Part shown: positions 1 through 9,348 of the stretch, piece after piece | Numbering within the stretch: position 1 is the stretch's first letter | Layout of the letters: every line of letters begins with the position of its first letter | NCBI GenBank assembly: GCA_963709345.1 | Contig: CAVPVX010000011.1 | Coordinates: 160,001-224,000 of the forward strand | Reading direction: 5' to 3' | From: an uncultured Actinomycetes bacterium | GTDB lineage: Bacteria > Actinomycetota > Thermoleophilia > UBA2241 | Length of the DNA stretch: 64,000 nt | Notes under the pieces: model-generated | Told to the model about the DNA's origin: nothing | Database searches by the model: none | Seen by the model: the letters and a program-made list of their open reading frames with translations, nothing else | Made by a program: the position numbers and the translations under genes

Positions 1-1
1 C

Positions 2-373
2 TCGGAGGCGCTGCTCGTCTTCGCGTGCATCGACCCGGCGGCCGTCGTCGGCCTCACGGTGGGCACCGGCTTCGGCAATCTGGCCAGCCCCATGATGCCG
101 CTCGACCTCGTGCTCGGGTCGGCTCTCACCCTGGTGGCCGCGAGCTTCATGCACGTCGTGGGGCCGCGCGTCGTCGCGCTGCTCGCGCCGGTGGTCGTCA
201 ACGCCCTGGGTGTGGCGGCGATGCTCGCCTTCGTCCTGGGGTTCCCGTACTGGGCGAGCGTCGTCTGGGTCGGGCTCGGCGAGGCGGTCGTGATGTTCAC
301 TGCCGGGCTCGCGCTGCTCTTCGTGGTGCGCCGGCACCGCGACCTGTTCGGGATCATGCTACCGGCCGCCTGA
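2..373 (+). CDS. queT: QueT-family transporter (5' truncated by window edge)
   Basis: Frame 2 reads SEALLVFACIDPAAVVGLTVG..GNLASP..LDLVLG..GEAVV, a hydrophobic QueT-like pattern. Confidence 0.75.
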   Translation, partial: SEALLVFACIDPAAVVGLTVGTGFGNLASPMMPLDLVLGSALTLVAASFMHVVGPRVVALLAPVVVNALGVAAMLAFVLGFPYWASVVWVGLGEAVVMFTAGLALLFVVRRHRDLFGIMLPAA

Positions 374-413
374 GGGCGAGCCGCAGCCGCTTGCGGGCGG
401 CGAGGAGGACGAC

Positions 414-1133
414 GTGAGACATGGACGCAAGCTGGACGAGCTCCGGCCGGTGAGCATCACGCCGGCGGTGGCCAAGTTCGCCGCCGGCTCCGCACGCATC
501 GAGCTCGGCGACACGCACGTCTTCTGCACGGCGTCGCTCAGCGATGGTGTGCCGGGCTGGTTGCGCGGCTCCGGTCGCGGCTGGCTCACGGCCGAGTACA
601 GCATGCTGCCGGGCGCAACGCCCTCGCGCACCGCGCGCGAGGCCGTCCGTGGTCGGCAGAGCGGTCGCACCATGGAGATCCAGCGCCTGATCGGCCGCAG
701 CCTCCGCGGCGTCATGGATCTCGGCATCATCGGCGAGCGCACCATCGCCGTCGACTGTGACGTGCTGCAGGCCGACGGAGGCACGCGCACGGCGAGCATC
801 ACCGGCGCGTACGTGGCCGTCTACCAGGTCGCGCTCGCCATCAAGGAACTCCTCGGCCTGCATGAGGTGCCGCTCTTCGATTCCATCGCCGCCGTGTCCG
901 CCGGTATCGTCGACGGCGAGGCCAGGCTCGACCTCGACTACGAGGAGGATTCGTCCGCGGAGGTCGACCTCAACGCGGTGATCACCGGTGACGGGCGCCT
1001 CGTGGAGGTGCAGGCGACGGCCGAGGGCGAGCCGTACTCACGGCCGGCGCTCGAGGCGATGCTCGATCTGGCGGCCGCGGGCGCGGCCTCTCTGGCGGCC
1101 GCGCAGACGGCGGCCGTCGCGGAACTGGGGTAG
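414..1133 (+). CDS. rph: Ribonuclease PH
   Basis: GWLTAEYSMLP, RTMEIQRLIGRSLR, DCDVLQADGGTRTASITG and LDLDYEEDS motifs. Confidence 0.97.
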   Translation: MRHGRKLDELRPVSITPAVAKFAAGSARIELGDTHVFCTASLSDGVPGWLRGSGRGWLTAEYSMLPGATPSRTAREAVRGRQSGRTMEIQRLIGRSLRGVMDLGIIGERTIAVDCDVLQADGGTRTASITGAYVAVYQVALAIKELLGLHEVPLFDSIAAVSAGIVDGEARLDLDYEEDSSAEVDLNAVITGDGRLVEVQATAEGEPYSRPALEAMLDLAAAGAASLAAAQTAAVAELG

Positions 1134-1141
1134 GGAGCGGC

Positions 1142-1837
1142 GTGCGCTTCATGCTGGCCACCGGCAACCGCCACAAGCTCGGGGAGTTCCGGCAGATCTT
1201 GACGCCGTGTGAGGTCGTGCCGATGCCGGGCTGGGTGGAGTTGCCGCCGGAGGGGGTCACCTCGTTCGCGGAGAACGCGCTGGGCAAGGCCGAGGGTCTC
1301 GCGCAGGCTCTTGCGGCGGGGGCGCCGCCGGGCGCCTCGACGGACCACGGCGGGGTGATCGCCGGTCCCGCCGCCGGCTCTCCCGGCGCCGGGCCCGGCC
1401 TCTTCTGTCTCGCGGACGACTCCGGCCTCGAGGTCGAGGCGCTGGGGTGGGCGCCGGGCGTCACCAGCGCCCGCTACGCGGGCGTCGACGGGCCCGGCGC
1501 CGACGCCGCCAATGTGGGGCGCCTCCTGCGCGAGATGGCCGGCCTCGCCGGCCCGCTCGCGCGCCGGGCTCGCTTTGTCTGCGCGGTTGTCGTCGTGGCG
1601 CCCGACATGAAACACTACGCGGCAACGGGATACTGGTGGGGCGCCATCGCGGACGCTCCGCGCGGTGAGGGCGGGTTCGGCTACGACCCCGTCTTCGTCC
1701 CGGAAGGGTCAGACCTGACTGTGGCCGAGTGGTCGCAGGATGCCAAGGACCAGGCCAGTCACCGCGCGCTGGCCGGCAGGGCCCTCGTCGATGTCTTGCG
1801 ACGGGAGGGTCTGCAGAATGGGAATCAGGGCACCTAG
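1142..1837 (+). CDS. rdgB: Non-canonical purine NTP pyrophosphatase (Ham1/RdgB)
   Basis: ATGNRHK, ADDSGLEV, GFGYDPVF and SHR motifs; follows rph; carries an Ala/Gly/Pro-rich insertion. Confidence 0.93.
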   Translation: MRFMLATGNRHKLGEFRQILTPCEVVPMPGWVELPPEGVTSFAENALGKAEGLAQALAAGAPPGASTDHGGVIAGPAAGSPGAGPGLFCLADDSGLEVEALGWAPGVTSARYAGVDGPGADAANVGRLLREMAGLAGPLARRARFVCAVVVVAPDMKHYAATGYWWGAIADAPRGEGGFGYDPVFVPEGSDLTVAEWSQDAKDQASHRALAGRALVDVLRREGLQNGNQGT

Positions 1838-2762
1838 GCGGGGCGAGCCCGTCGCCTCGACGGAAGATCTCACCAACCACACGCTCAAGTCGCGAGCTGC
1901 CTCGGTCTCGATCGCCTCCAACTCCGTCCTCATCGTCTTCAAGCTCGTCGTCGGCGTCCTCTCCGGCTCCATCGCGATCATGTCCGAGGCGCTGCACTCG
2001 GGTTCCGACCTCGTGGCGGCGCTGATCGCCTTCTGGTCGGTGCGCCGCGCCGCGGAGCCCCCGGACGAACGCCACCACTACGGCCACGAGAAGGTCGAGA
2101 ACCTGAGCGGCGTCGTCGAGGCGCTGCTCATCATCGCTGCCGCCGGTGTGATCATCTACGAGGGCGTGATGAAGCTCATCGACGGCCCCGAGCTCGACCG
2201 CATCTGGCTCGGGATCGGCGTGATGGTCATCTCGGGCCTGACGAACCTCGTCGTCTCACTCAAGGTCCTCTACCCGGTCGCGCGGCGCACGGAGTCGGCC
2301 GCTCTCGAGGCCGACGCGGCGCATCTGCTCACGGATGTGTACACCTCCTTCGGCGTGGCCTTCGGCCTGTTGCTCGTCAAGCTGACGGGGTGGCCCTACT
2401 TCGACCCCATCGCCGCCATCGGCGTCGCCCTCCTCATCATCAGAACGGGCTACGTGCTCGTGCTCGGGTCGACTCGCGTACTCCTCGACGAGACGCTGCC
2501 GGAGGACGAGCTCGATGAGATCCGGCGCTGCGTTCGCGAGCACCGCGGCGACATCATCTGGGGCTACCACAAGCTGCGCGCCCGCCGGGCCGGCAGCCGC
2601 CGCCACGTCGATCTGCACGTCACCGTCGACGACGATCTCACCGTCGCCGAGGCGCACGAGATCGCCGAGCACATCGAGGCGGACATCCGGAACTGCGTGC
2701 CCAACACCGATGTGCTCGTCCACATCGAGCCACGGACGCACGACCGCGTCGACGGTAGCTGA
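1818..2762 (+). CDS. Cation diffusion facilitator family transporter (FieF-like)
   Basis: EALHSGSD, HHYGHEKVE, DAAHLLTD and VHIEP motifs; ATG at 1818 with GGGAGG upstream. Confidence 0.92.
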   Translation: MGIRAPRRGEPVASTEDLTNHTLKSRAASVSIASNSVLIVFKLVVGVLSGSIAIMSEALHSGSDLVAALIAFWSVRRAAEPPDERHHYGHEKVENLSGVVEALLIIAAAGVIIYEGVMKLIDGPELDRIWLGIGVMVISGLTNLVVSLKVLYPVARRTESAALEADAAHLLTDVYTSFGVAFGLLLVKLTGWPYFDPIAAIGVALLIIRTGYVLVLGSTRVLLDETLPEDELDEIRRCVREHRGDIIWGYHKLRARRAGSRRHVDLHVTVDDDLTVAEAHEIAEHIEADIRNCVPNTDVLVHIEPRTHDRVDGS

Positions 2763-2823
2763 GCGGCGGCCGGGCCGGCTTCGCCCGCCGGCCACCGTGC
2801 CTGCAGACGGTTGCGCCTCGCCG

Positions 2824-4092
2824 TCAGGTGAAGAGCGGGGAGGCCAGCAGCGCGACGCTCAGCGCGATGAGCGTGCCGGTGAACGTCCAGGCGAGGATGT
2901 TGCGGAAGCGGCCGTTCACGTACTTGCCCATCACCCGCGGATCGTTGATGAGCAACAGGGTGAACACGAGGATCACCGGCAGCAGGACGCCGTTCAGCGA
3001 CTGGGCGACGAGGATGACCTTGACGAGCGGCAGGCCCGGGATCATCGCGACCGCGGCCGGGACGATCATCAGGAACGTGATGAGGCCGTTGAAGACCGGC
3101 GCCTCGCGGAACGAGTTGTCGAGGCCGGACTCGAAGCCGAAGGCTTCGCAGACCACGTAGGCGGTGGCGAGCGGCAGGACGCCGGCGGCGAGGATGGAGA
3201 CGCTGAGCAGCCCGATGCCGAAGAGGTACTTCGCCGCGACTCCGAGAAACGGTTGCAGCGCCATCGCCGCCTGCTCGGCAGACTCGATGACCGTCCCTTC
3301 CGCGAAGAGCGTCGCCGCGCAGGCGACGACGATGAAGAAATCGATGGTGGTCATGAACAGCGAGCCGGCGTAGATCTCGTACTTCGTGTACATGTACTGC
3401 TTGATCGGCACCTTCTTGTCGACCACTGCCGCCTGGATGTAGAACTGGCCCCAGGGGGTCAGCGTGGTGCCCACGGCGGCGATGGCCGTGAATATCCACA
3501 GGGTGTTCCACTCCATGTGCGGCGTTACCGCGCCGCGGGCGGCGGCCGTCCAGTCCGGGCCGGCCATGATCCCCGCGACGACGTAGGTGAGCAGCACGAA
3601 GCCGAGCGCCAGGAGCACGCGCTCGACCTTGCGGTAGGACCCGTGGATGACGAGCAGCCAGATCGCGATGACGACGACCGGGACGCCAACGAAGGGCGGC
3701 ACGCCGAAGAGGCTTCCGGCCGCGGCGACGCCCGAGAACTCCGCCACGGTCGTGCCGAAGTTGGCGACGAACACGGCGAGGATCGCGAGGGCCGTCACCT
3801 TGAGGCTGAAGTTCTCTCGGATGAGGGCGGCCAGTCCGCGCCCGGTGACGACGCCGACACGGGCGTTCATCTCCTGCACCACCGCGAGCACCGGCGTCAT
3901 GATCACAAGCAGCCAGATCATGCTGTAGCCGTAGCGGGAGCCGATCACCGACCAGGTGGTGATGCCCCCGGCGTCGTTACCCGCGTTGGCGGCGATGAAG
4001 CCCGGCCCGACCATCGCGAGGATGACGAGCAGGCGGGTACGGCCGACGCGGCCGGCGAGGCGACGGCCTACTGTGGCGGGAGAGCGCACCAT
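2824..4092 (-). CDS. Nramp-related divalent metal (probably Mg2+) transporter
   Basis: GPGFIAANAGNDAGGI and GTTLTPW motifs; about 11 hydrophobic segments; downstream of an MgtE-like gene and M-box. Confidence 0.88.
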   Translation of the reverse strand: MVRSPATVGRRLAGRVGRTRLLVILAMVGPGFIAANAGNDAGGITTWSVIGSRYGYSMIWLLVIMTPVLAVVQEMNARVGVVTGRGLAALIRENFSLKVTALAILAVFVANFGTTVAEFSGVAAAGSLFGVPPFVGVPVVVIAIWLLVIHGSYRKVERVLLALGFVLLTYVVAGIMAGPDWTAAARGAVTPHMEWNTLWIFTAIAAVGTTLTPWGQFYIQAAVVDKKVPIKQYMYTKYEIYAGSLFMTTIDFFIVVACAATLFAEGTVIESAEQAAMALQPFLGVAAKYLFGIGLLSVSILAAGVLPLATAYVVCEAFGFESGLDNSFREAPVFNGLITFLMIVPAAVAMIPGLPLVKVILVAQSLNGVLLPVILVFTLLLINDPRVMGKYVNGRFRNILAWTFTGTLIALSVALLASPLFT

Positions 4093-4102
4093 CGAGGCCT
4101 CC

Positions 4103-5362
4103 TCAATGGAAGATCCTCGGCAGGCGCTTCTTCCAGGCGAGCGGAAGCACCAGGTCGATGGCGTCGTCGATGGTGATGATGCCGTGCAGCTCGCCCTCGT
4201 CGTCGACGACGGGCAGGGCGAGCAGGTTGTACTTGGCGATGACCTCTGTGATCTCGTCTTCGTCGGCGTCCGTCCGCACCGCGACCGGGTGCTCGGTCAT
4301 GAAGTCGCGCACCTTCTTCTCCGGCGGCGTCATCAGGAGGTCGCGCAGCGAGAAGACTCCGCGCAGGTGCTCGGAGCGGTCCACGACGTAGATGTAATAG
4401 ACGGTCTCGGCGTCTTCTTCCTGCTCGCGCAGCCGTTTCGTTGCCTCGGCGGAGGTGTCGTCCAGTCTCGCCCACGCGTAGTGCGTCGTCATGATGCCGC
4501 CGGCGGAGTTCTCCGGGTAGCTGAGCAGCTCGCGCATGTCCTCGGCGTCGTCCTGCTCCATCATCGCGATGAAGTGCTGGCGACGGTCGTCGGGCAGGTC
4601 GGCGAGGAGGTCCGCGGCGTCGTCCGGCGACATCTCGTTGAGGATCTCGCTCGCCTTGTCGTCCGGAAGATCGAGCAGCAGCGACGTCTGATACGACGGG
4701 TGCATCTCTTCGAAGGCGTCGGCGGCAAGATCGTCCTCGAGTTCGTCGAACACGGCCGCCCGCTCCTCGGGGGAGAGCTCGTGCACGAGCTCGGCGATGT
4801 CGGCCGGGTGGAGCAGTTCGAGCTTGGTCTGCGGCACGGCGAGGCGCACGGCGGCCTCGTCCGTGTGTTCGATGTCGACGTCCTTCCAGTCGATCAGGTG
4901 TGGCCGGGGGCGCTGGCGTGTCTTGGCGAGCCTGTCGCCGACCTTCGCCAGCCCGACGCGGCGGAGGATCGCGCTGCTCGAGACGTCGACGGCGGCGACG
5001 TGGACGAAGGGGCCGTTGCGCAGGAGCTGGATGTCGTTGACGCGGATGACCTTGCGACCCTCGGTGTCGACCAGTTGCTTGTCGAGGAAGGTGGCCGAGA
5101 GGGGGAGTTCGTCCGGCTGGAGCTCACGCTCGCCCAGCTCGGCCGCCGGGATCCGCAGCAGCAGGCCCGACTCCTCGAAGCTGGAGACAGCGTCCCACGG
5201 CGCGTACAGCGTGCGGCCGCGACGCCGGACGCCGACCGCGGTCACGCGGGGGTAGGCTTGTCTCGTGCTCACCACCAGGTCGTGGAGCGTGCCGGCGGAC
5301 TTGTTGGCGACGTCCTTGACCGGGCTGCCGAGCAGCTTGCTCAGGTAGAACACGGGCCTCAC
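4103..5362 (-). CDS. MgtE-like soluble protein (PRC-barrel + MgtE N domain + CBS pair, no membrane domain)
   Basis: LHPADIAE, MSPDDAAD, YPENSAGGIMT and KYNLLALPVVD..GIITIDD motifs; ends before the MgtE transmembrane part. Confidence 0.88.
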   Translation of the reverse strand: MRPVFYLSKLLGSPVKDVANKSAGTLHDLVVSTRQAYPRVTAVGVRRRGRTLYAPWDAVSSFEESGLLLRIPAAELGERELQPDELPLSATFLDKQLVDTEGRKVIRVNDIQLLRNGPFVHVAAVDVSSSAILRRVGLAKVGDRLAKTRQRPRPHLIDWKDVDIEHTDEAAVRLAVPQTKLELLHPADIAELVHELSPEERAAVFDELEDDLAADAFEEMHPSYQTSLLLDLPDDKASEILNEMSPDDAADLLADLPDDRRQHFIAMMEQDDAEDMRELLSYPENSAGGIMTTHYAWARLDDTSAEATKRLREQEEDAETVYYIYVVDRSEHLRGVFSLRDLLMTPPEKKVRDFMTEHPVAVRTDADEDEITEVIAKYNLLALPVVDDEGELHGIITIDDAIDLVLPLAWKKRLPRIFH

Positions 5363-5394
5363 CTCCTTCGCGCTGCATGCCGACGATGGGCATA

Positions 5395-5417
5395 CAAAAA
5401 CCTCCCTCGCGGAAGGC
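5395..5417 (-). terminator. Intrinsic terminator of the M-box expression platform
   Basis: Minus strand GCCTTCC-GCGA-GGGAGG-TTTTT lies between the aptamer and the start codon. Confidence 0.7.
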
Positions 5418-5444
5418 TCCGGGCGCGCAGCCGAAGGGGGCGAT

Positions 5445-5605
5445 CCTCACTCGTCCACAGCTTTAGCACAACACACCGTAGAGGACGAAGCCTCAGCCGT
5501 TTTGGGCAAAACCTTGAGCCGGTAGTGCCTGTTCTACCCGTTGGCGTCTCTGGACGTTTCCGGGCAACGGCCTTTTTGTGTGCCGGAGCCTCACCTAACG
5601 AGGAA
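5445..5605 (-). ncRNA. M-box (ykoK) Mg2+ riboswitch
   Basis: Minus strand CTCGTTAGGTGAGGCTCC...GCCCGGAAACGTCCAGAGACGCCAACGGGTAGAACAGG...AAGG...GTGCTAAAGCT matches the ykoK consensus; upstream of Mg transport genes. Confidence 0.95.
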
Positions 5606-5741
5606 TGCGCCGTACGTGACGCTCACGAAACGTACCCCCGCGACACGACACTGTCAAGGTGGGGCCGGTGGTATACTGGGCTTCGTCGAGGTCGGCGCCG
5701 GGCATGGTGCCGGCCTCAGTGCGGAGGCGACAGGAGGGCTC

Positions 5742-6698
5742 GTGATCATCACCGTCACCCCGAACGCCGCGGTCGACAAGACGCTCACCGTGCCGAACTT
5801 CCAGACCGGCTACCGTCACCGGGCCAGCGAGAGCCTCACACTCCCGGGCGGCAAGGGCGTCAACGTTGCCCGGGCCCTCAAGGCGCTCGACGAGCCGGTG
5901 GTCGTCACCGGTCTCATCGGTGGGCGCGCCGGCCAGCAGATCATCGAGGGTCTGCAGCGCGAGAACATCCTGAGTGATTTCGTCCACATCGGTGGTGAGT
6001 CCCGTACCTCCACGGCGGTCGTCGACCCCACCACCATGACCCAGACCGAGGTCGTCGAGTACGGCCCCATCGTCACCGAGCCGGAGACCGCGGCTCTGCT
6101 GGACAAGATCGAGTACCTGGCCAAGGGCTCCCGCTTCGTGGTGCTTGCCGGGTCGCTGCCGCGCAAGATGCCGGAGGACTTCTACGCGACGGCGCTGCAG
6201 CGCATCCGCCGCCACCGCTGCTTCGTCATCCTCGACAGCGCCGGCGAACCCCTGCGCCTTGGAGTGCGCGGCCGTCCCAATCTGATCGTGCCCAACCTCC
6301 GTGAGGCCGAAGACCTCGTCGGCCACGAGTTCCACGAGGATCAGGACGTCGTCGACGCGACGGCCATGATCGCCGACCTCGGCGCCCGTAACGTCGTCGT
6401 CAAGACGCCCCACGGCTGCGTGGCTCGCTTCCAGTTGGGGCGCAAGCAGCGGGTCTTCCGCGCCTCCATCAGCCCGCTCGAGTCGGTGATCAGCACGGTC
6501 GGGTCCGGCGACGCCTTTCTCGCCGGCTTCATCAGCGCGCGCTTCCGCAAGCTGGAGCTCGCGGAGTGTCTCAGGCACGCGCTCGCCGTAGGCGCCGCCA
6601 ACACGCAGCGGTTCGGCGCCGGGGTCCTCGACGCGGAGACTGCGGAGAAGCTTCTCGAGACCGCCGAGGTCGAGGAGCTCGGCGGGCGCCGCAACTGA
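5742..6698 (+). CDS. 1-phosphofructokinase-family (PfkB) hexose kinase
   Basis: TVTPNAAVD, GGKGVNVARAL, GSLP and TVGSGDAF motifs; GTG start after GGAGG. Confidence 0.9.
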   Translation: MIITVTPNAAVDKTLTVPNFQTGYRHRASESLTLPGGKGVNVARALKALDEPVVVTGLIGGRAGQQIIEGLQRENILSDFVHIGGESRTSTAVVDPTTMTQTEVVEYGPIVTEPETAALLDKIEYLAKGSRFVVLAGSLPRKMPEDFYATALQRIRRHRCFVILDSAGEPLRLGVRGRPNLIVPNLREAEDLVGHEFHEDQDVVDATAMIADLGARNVVVKTPHGCVARFQLGRKQRVFRASISPLESVISTVGSGDAFLAGFISARFRKLELAECLRHALAVGAANTQRFGAGVLDAETAEKLLETAEVEELGGRRN

Positions 6699-6803
6699 AG
6701 GGCGGCGTTCTTCTCCGCTCTGGTCCCTAAAGGCCGCGCGTTCGTCTGTCGACAATGGTCGGGAGGCCTGGCGGGCGGCGTCGCATGACACGCGTCCCGG
6801 GGC

Positions 6804-8219
6804 ATGCGGACTGACGCGAGCGAGGGGACGATCATCGACAAACTGGCCGGCACGGTCCTGCTGCACGTTCAGACCGCGGCCGTCGCCGTGGACGAGAGCG
6901 GCCGCGTCGGCGTCTTCAATCCTGCCGCGGCGCGCGTGCTCGGGGTCGAGATCGAGGAGGTCCTGGGGCGCGAACTCGAGGACCTCGACTCAGGCGAGCC
7001 GGCGCTGGCGGCGCTGGCCGCCGTCCTGCTCGAGGCTCGCCGCACGGGCCGGGCGGCGGCGCGCCGCCAGGTGGACGTCGAGACGCCCGGCGGCACGCGC
7101 ACCCTCGGGTACACCGTGTCGCTTCTCGGCGGCGGCGGCGCCACCGCCCTCTTCTTCGCCGACCTCACCGACGCCCTGGCCGAAGAACGGCGCGCGGCCG
7201 AGGCCCAGCGGTTCGCCGAGGTCGGTCGCATCGCCGGCGCGATGGCTCACGAGCTCAAATCACCGCTGGCTACCGTCGAGCTCTACGTGAACCTGCTGAG
7301 ACGGGAGCTCGGCGATGACGCCGCCGCCACCCGGAACCTCGACGTGATCAAAGACCAGACCCGCGTCTGCCTCGATCGCATCGGCGCGATCATGCACTCG
7401 ATCAACCCCGACGCCGCGCGCAGCGGCGGCATGACGCTCACGCCCGTACTGCCGGTCGTCCGCGATGTCGTCACGGGGCTGCGGCGCCGCAGCGAGGGCG
7501 CCGAAGTGAGACTTCGGGTCGCGTGCGATCACCCGCGTGCGGCGCTCGCCGTCAACGACCTGCGCTCGGTGGTCGGCAACCTGATCGTCAATGCGCTCGA
7601 GGTCACGGCCGGCAAGGGGCCGGTGACCGTCACCGTCCGCAGTGACGCCGACACGGCGACGGTGACGGTCGCAGATCGCGGCCCCGGGTTGCCCGACAGG
7701 GACGTCTTCGAAGCCTTCTTCACGACGAAGTCGAGCGGCACCGGTCTTGGCCTGTGGCTCGTGCGCCGGCTGGTGGAGGACGCGGGCGGCAGCATCGTCT
7801 CGGGCGACCGCCGCGGGGGCGGCGCGGTGTTCACGGTGAGGCTGCCGCTGCCTCGTCACGAGCGGCTGCGGGGAGCGGAGGTGCTCGTCGTCGAAGACGA
7901 CGCGCCGCTCCGCGCCGCGACCGCCTCCGCGCTCGAGGCGTGCGGCGCGCGCGTGACTGCCGTCGTCTCGGGGAAGGACGTCTTTCTGGAGGCCGAACGC
8001 TGGGGGTGCGCCGTCCTCGACTACCATCTGCCGGACATGAACGGCATCCAGATAGCGTCGCGCCTGGCTCCCGCCACGCCCGTCCTGCTGGTCAGTGGCG
8101 ACCCGGCGGCCGGGCCGGCGCTGGCGGAGGTGCGCGGGAGGCGCGCCTGGTACCTGCCGAAACCCTTCGAGGTCGACCAGTATCTCGACCTCGTCTCACT
8201 GCTGCTGGGGGCGAAATGA
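6804..8219 (+). CDS. Hybrid sensor histidine kinase (PAS-HisKA-HATPase-receiver)
   Basis: AHELKSPL, NLIVNA, DRGPG and FFTTK..GTGLGL motifs; C-terminal VVEDD..LDYHLP..KPF. Confidence 0.9.
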   Translation: MRTDASEGTIIDKLAGTVLLHVQTAAVAVDESGRVGVFNPAAARVLGVEIEEVLGRELEDLDSGEPALAALAAVLLEARRTGRAAARRQVDVETPGGTRTLGYTVSLLGGGGATALFFADLTDALAEERRAAEAQRFAEVGRIAGAMAHELKSPLATVELYVNLLRRELGDDAAATRNLDVIKDQTRVCLDRIGAIMHSINPDAARSGGMTLTPVLPVVRDVVTGLRRRSEGAEVRLRVACDHPRAALAVNDLRSVVGNLIVNALEVTAGKGPVTVTVRSDADTATVTVADRGPGLPDRDVFEAFFTTKSSGTGLGLWLVRRLVEDAGGSIVSGDRRGGGAVFTVRLPLPRHERLRGAEVLVVEDDAPLRAATASALEACGARVTAVVSGKDVFLEAERWGCAVLDYHLPDMNGIQIASRLAPATPVLLVSGDPAAGPALAEVRGRRAWYLPKPFEVDQYLDLVSLLLGAK

Positions 8220-8878
8220 TCGACAAGGGAAGAGTCATCATCGCGGACGACCACGGGTTGTTCCGCCAGGGGCTGAAGCAACTCCTGGAGGCTGAAGGCT
8301 ACGAGGTGGCTGCCGAGGCGCAGACCGGCGACGAGGCGCTCGCCCGCGTCGCCGAGCACCCCGGCTGCGTCCTGCTTCTCGACATCGCCATGCCGGGGAT
8401 GAGCGGTCTCGATGTGGCGCGCCGTCTGGGTGAGCGCGGCGACGACGTCAAGGTCGTCATGCTGAGCGCCCGCGAGGACCGGGACGCGCTCTTCAGCGCC
8501 ATCTCCGCCGGCGCCCGCGGCTACGTCGCCAAGGACGCCGAGCCGGACCAGCTCTTCGCCGCCATCGACCTCGTGCTGCGGGGCGGCACGGTGCTCAGCA
8601 CCGGCGTGGCGCAGAACCTCGGCGAGGGCATCCGCCAGCTCGACTACGCCCCCGGCGCCTACGAACAGCGACGTCTTGACCTCACCGACCGCGAGCTCGA
8701 GATACTGCGTATGCTGGCGACGCCCAGGTCGCCGGCGCAGATGGCGTCGCAGCTCTTCCTCAGCAAGAAGACGGTGCAGAACCACATCTCCGCGATCTAC
8801 CGCAAGCTCGACGTGCGCAGCCGCTCCGAGGCCATCGTCAAGGGCATGGAGCTGCACCTCATCGACAGCAAGGGCTGA
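8216..8878 (+). CDS. NarL/LuxR-family response regulator
   Basis: IADDHGLFRQG, LDIAMPG, LTDRELEIL and TVQNHISAIYRKL motifs; ATGA overlap with the kinase. Confidence 0.93.
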   Translation: MIDKGRVIIADDHGLFRQGLKQLLEAEGYEVAAEAQTGDEALARVAEHPGCVLLLDIAMPGMSGLDVARRLGERGDDVKVVMLSAREDRDALFSAISAGARGYVAKDAEPDQLFAAIDLVLRGGTVLSTGVAQNLGEGIRQLDYAPGAYEQRRLDLTDRELEILRMLATPRSPAQMASQLFLSKKTVQNHISAIYRKLDVRSRSEAIVKGMELHLIDSKG

Positions 8879-9136
8879 GGCCGGCCCGCCTTCGGGGTCG
8901 GCCCGGCATCCGGCGGCCTCCTCCCTTCGATCCGGGGGCGCGTGCCTATGGTGATGGGGAATCCCGCGGACGATTCTCTAGAGTGCAGGAGGAGATCCCG
9001 CCGGACCGCGCGGAGATGCGAAAGAGAGCCCCACGGGGCCCCGGCAGACGGTCCGGCGGGACCTCTCTAAGCTTCTCTGAAGGGAGGCGGCGCACCGGTC
9101 GAGTCTCACTTCCCATCGCCTTGCCTGGCCTCCATT

Positions 9137-9174
9137 GGGGCGGGCGCCGGTCCGCGGGGACCGGCGCCCGCCCC
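9137..9174. repeat. Perfect 17-bp inverted repeat hairpin (terminator-like)
   Basis: GGGGCGGGCGCCGGTCC-GCGG-GGACCGGCGCCCGCCCC. Confidence 0.7.
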
Positions 9175-9191
9175 GGCCACGTACGGTCATG

Positions 9192-9220
9192 TTGACCCTC
9201 CCCGGGGCCGCTGGTAGAGT
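9192..9220 (+). promoter_or_regulatory. Sigma70-type promoter of guaB3-guaA
   Basis: TTGACC-17 bp-TAGAGT. Confidence 0.7.
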
Positions 9221-9278
9221 CGGACGACATTGCCACGAGAGGCAGTCAGCTCACACAGAAGCATAGCCCAGAGCCCAG

Positions 9279-9316
9279 AGACCCCGGCAGTACGTCCGTG
9301 CCCGGGTCTTTTCTTT
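9279..9316 (+). terminator. Terminator within the guaB3 leader (attenuator candidate)
   Basis: AGACCCCGGCA...TGCCCGGGTCT followed by a T-tract, upstream of the RBS. Confidence 0.65.
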
Positions 9317-9348
9317 AACTCGCATCGCGCCCCTGTCAGGAGGACGGC

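Noticed and set aside
1310-1400. Ala/Gly/Pro-rich insertion in RdgB (and a similar one in the ABC exporter near 56365-56430) as an intein or mobile insert
   Set aside because: Short low-complexity loops without intein termini or repeats.
8970-9065. Partial resemblance to ykkC-type riboswitches (GAGAG..CCACGG)
   Set aside because: Lacks the CTAGGGTTCCG and AAAAGCCC cores, and is separated from guaB by a hairpin and a promoter.
9055-9080. CTCTAA as a possible tRNA-Pyl anticodon loop
   Set aside because: No cloverleaf or pylT-like acceptor/T arms around it; I saw no tRNA in the window.
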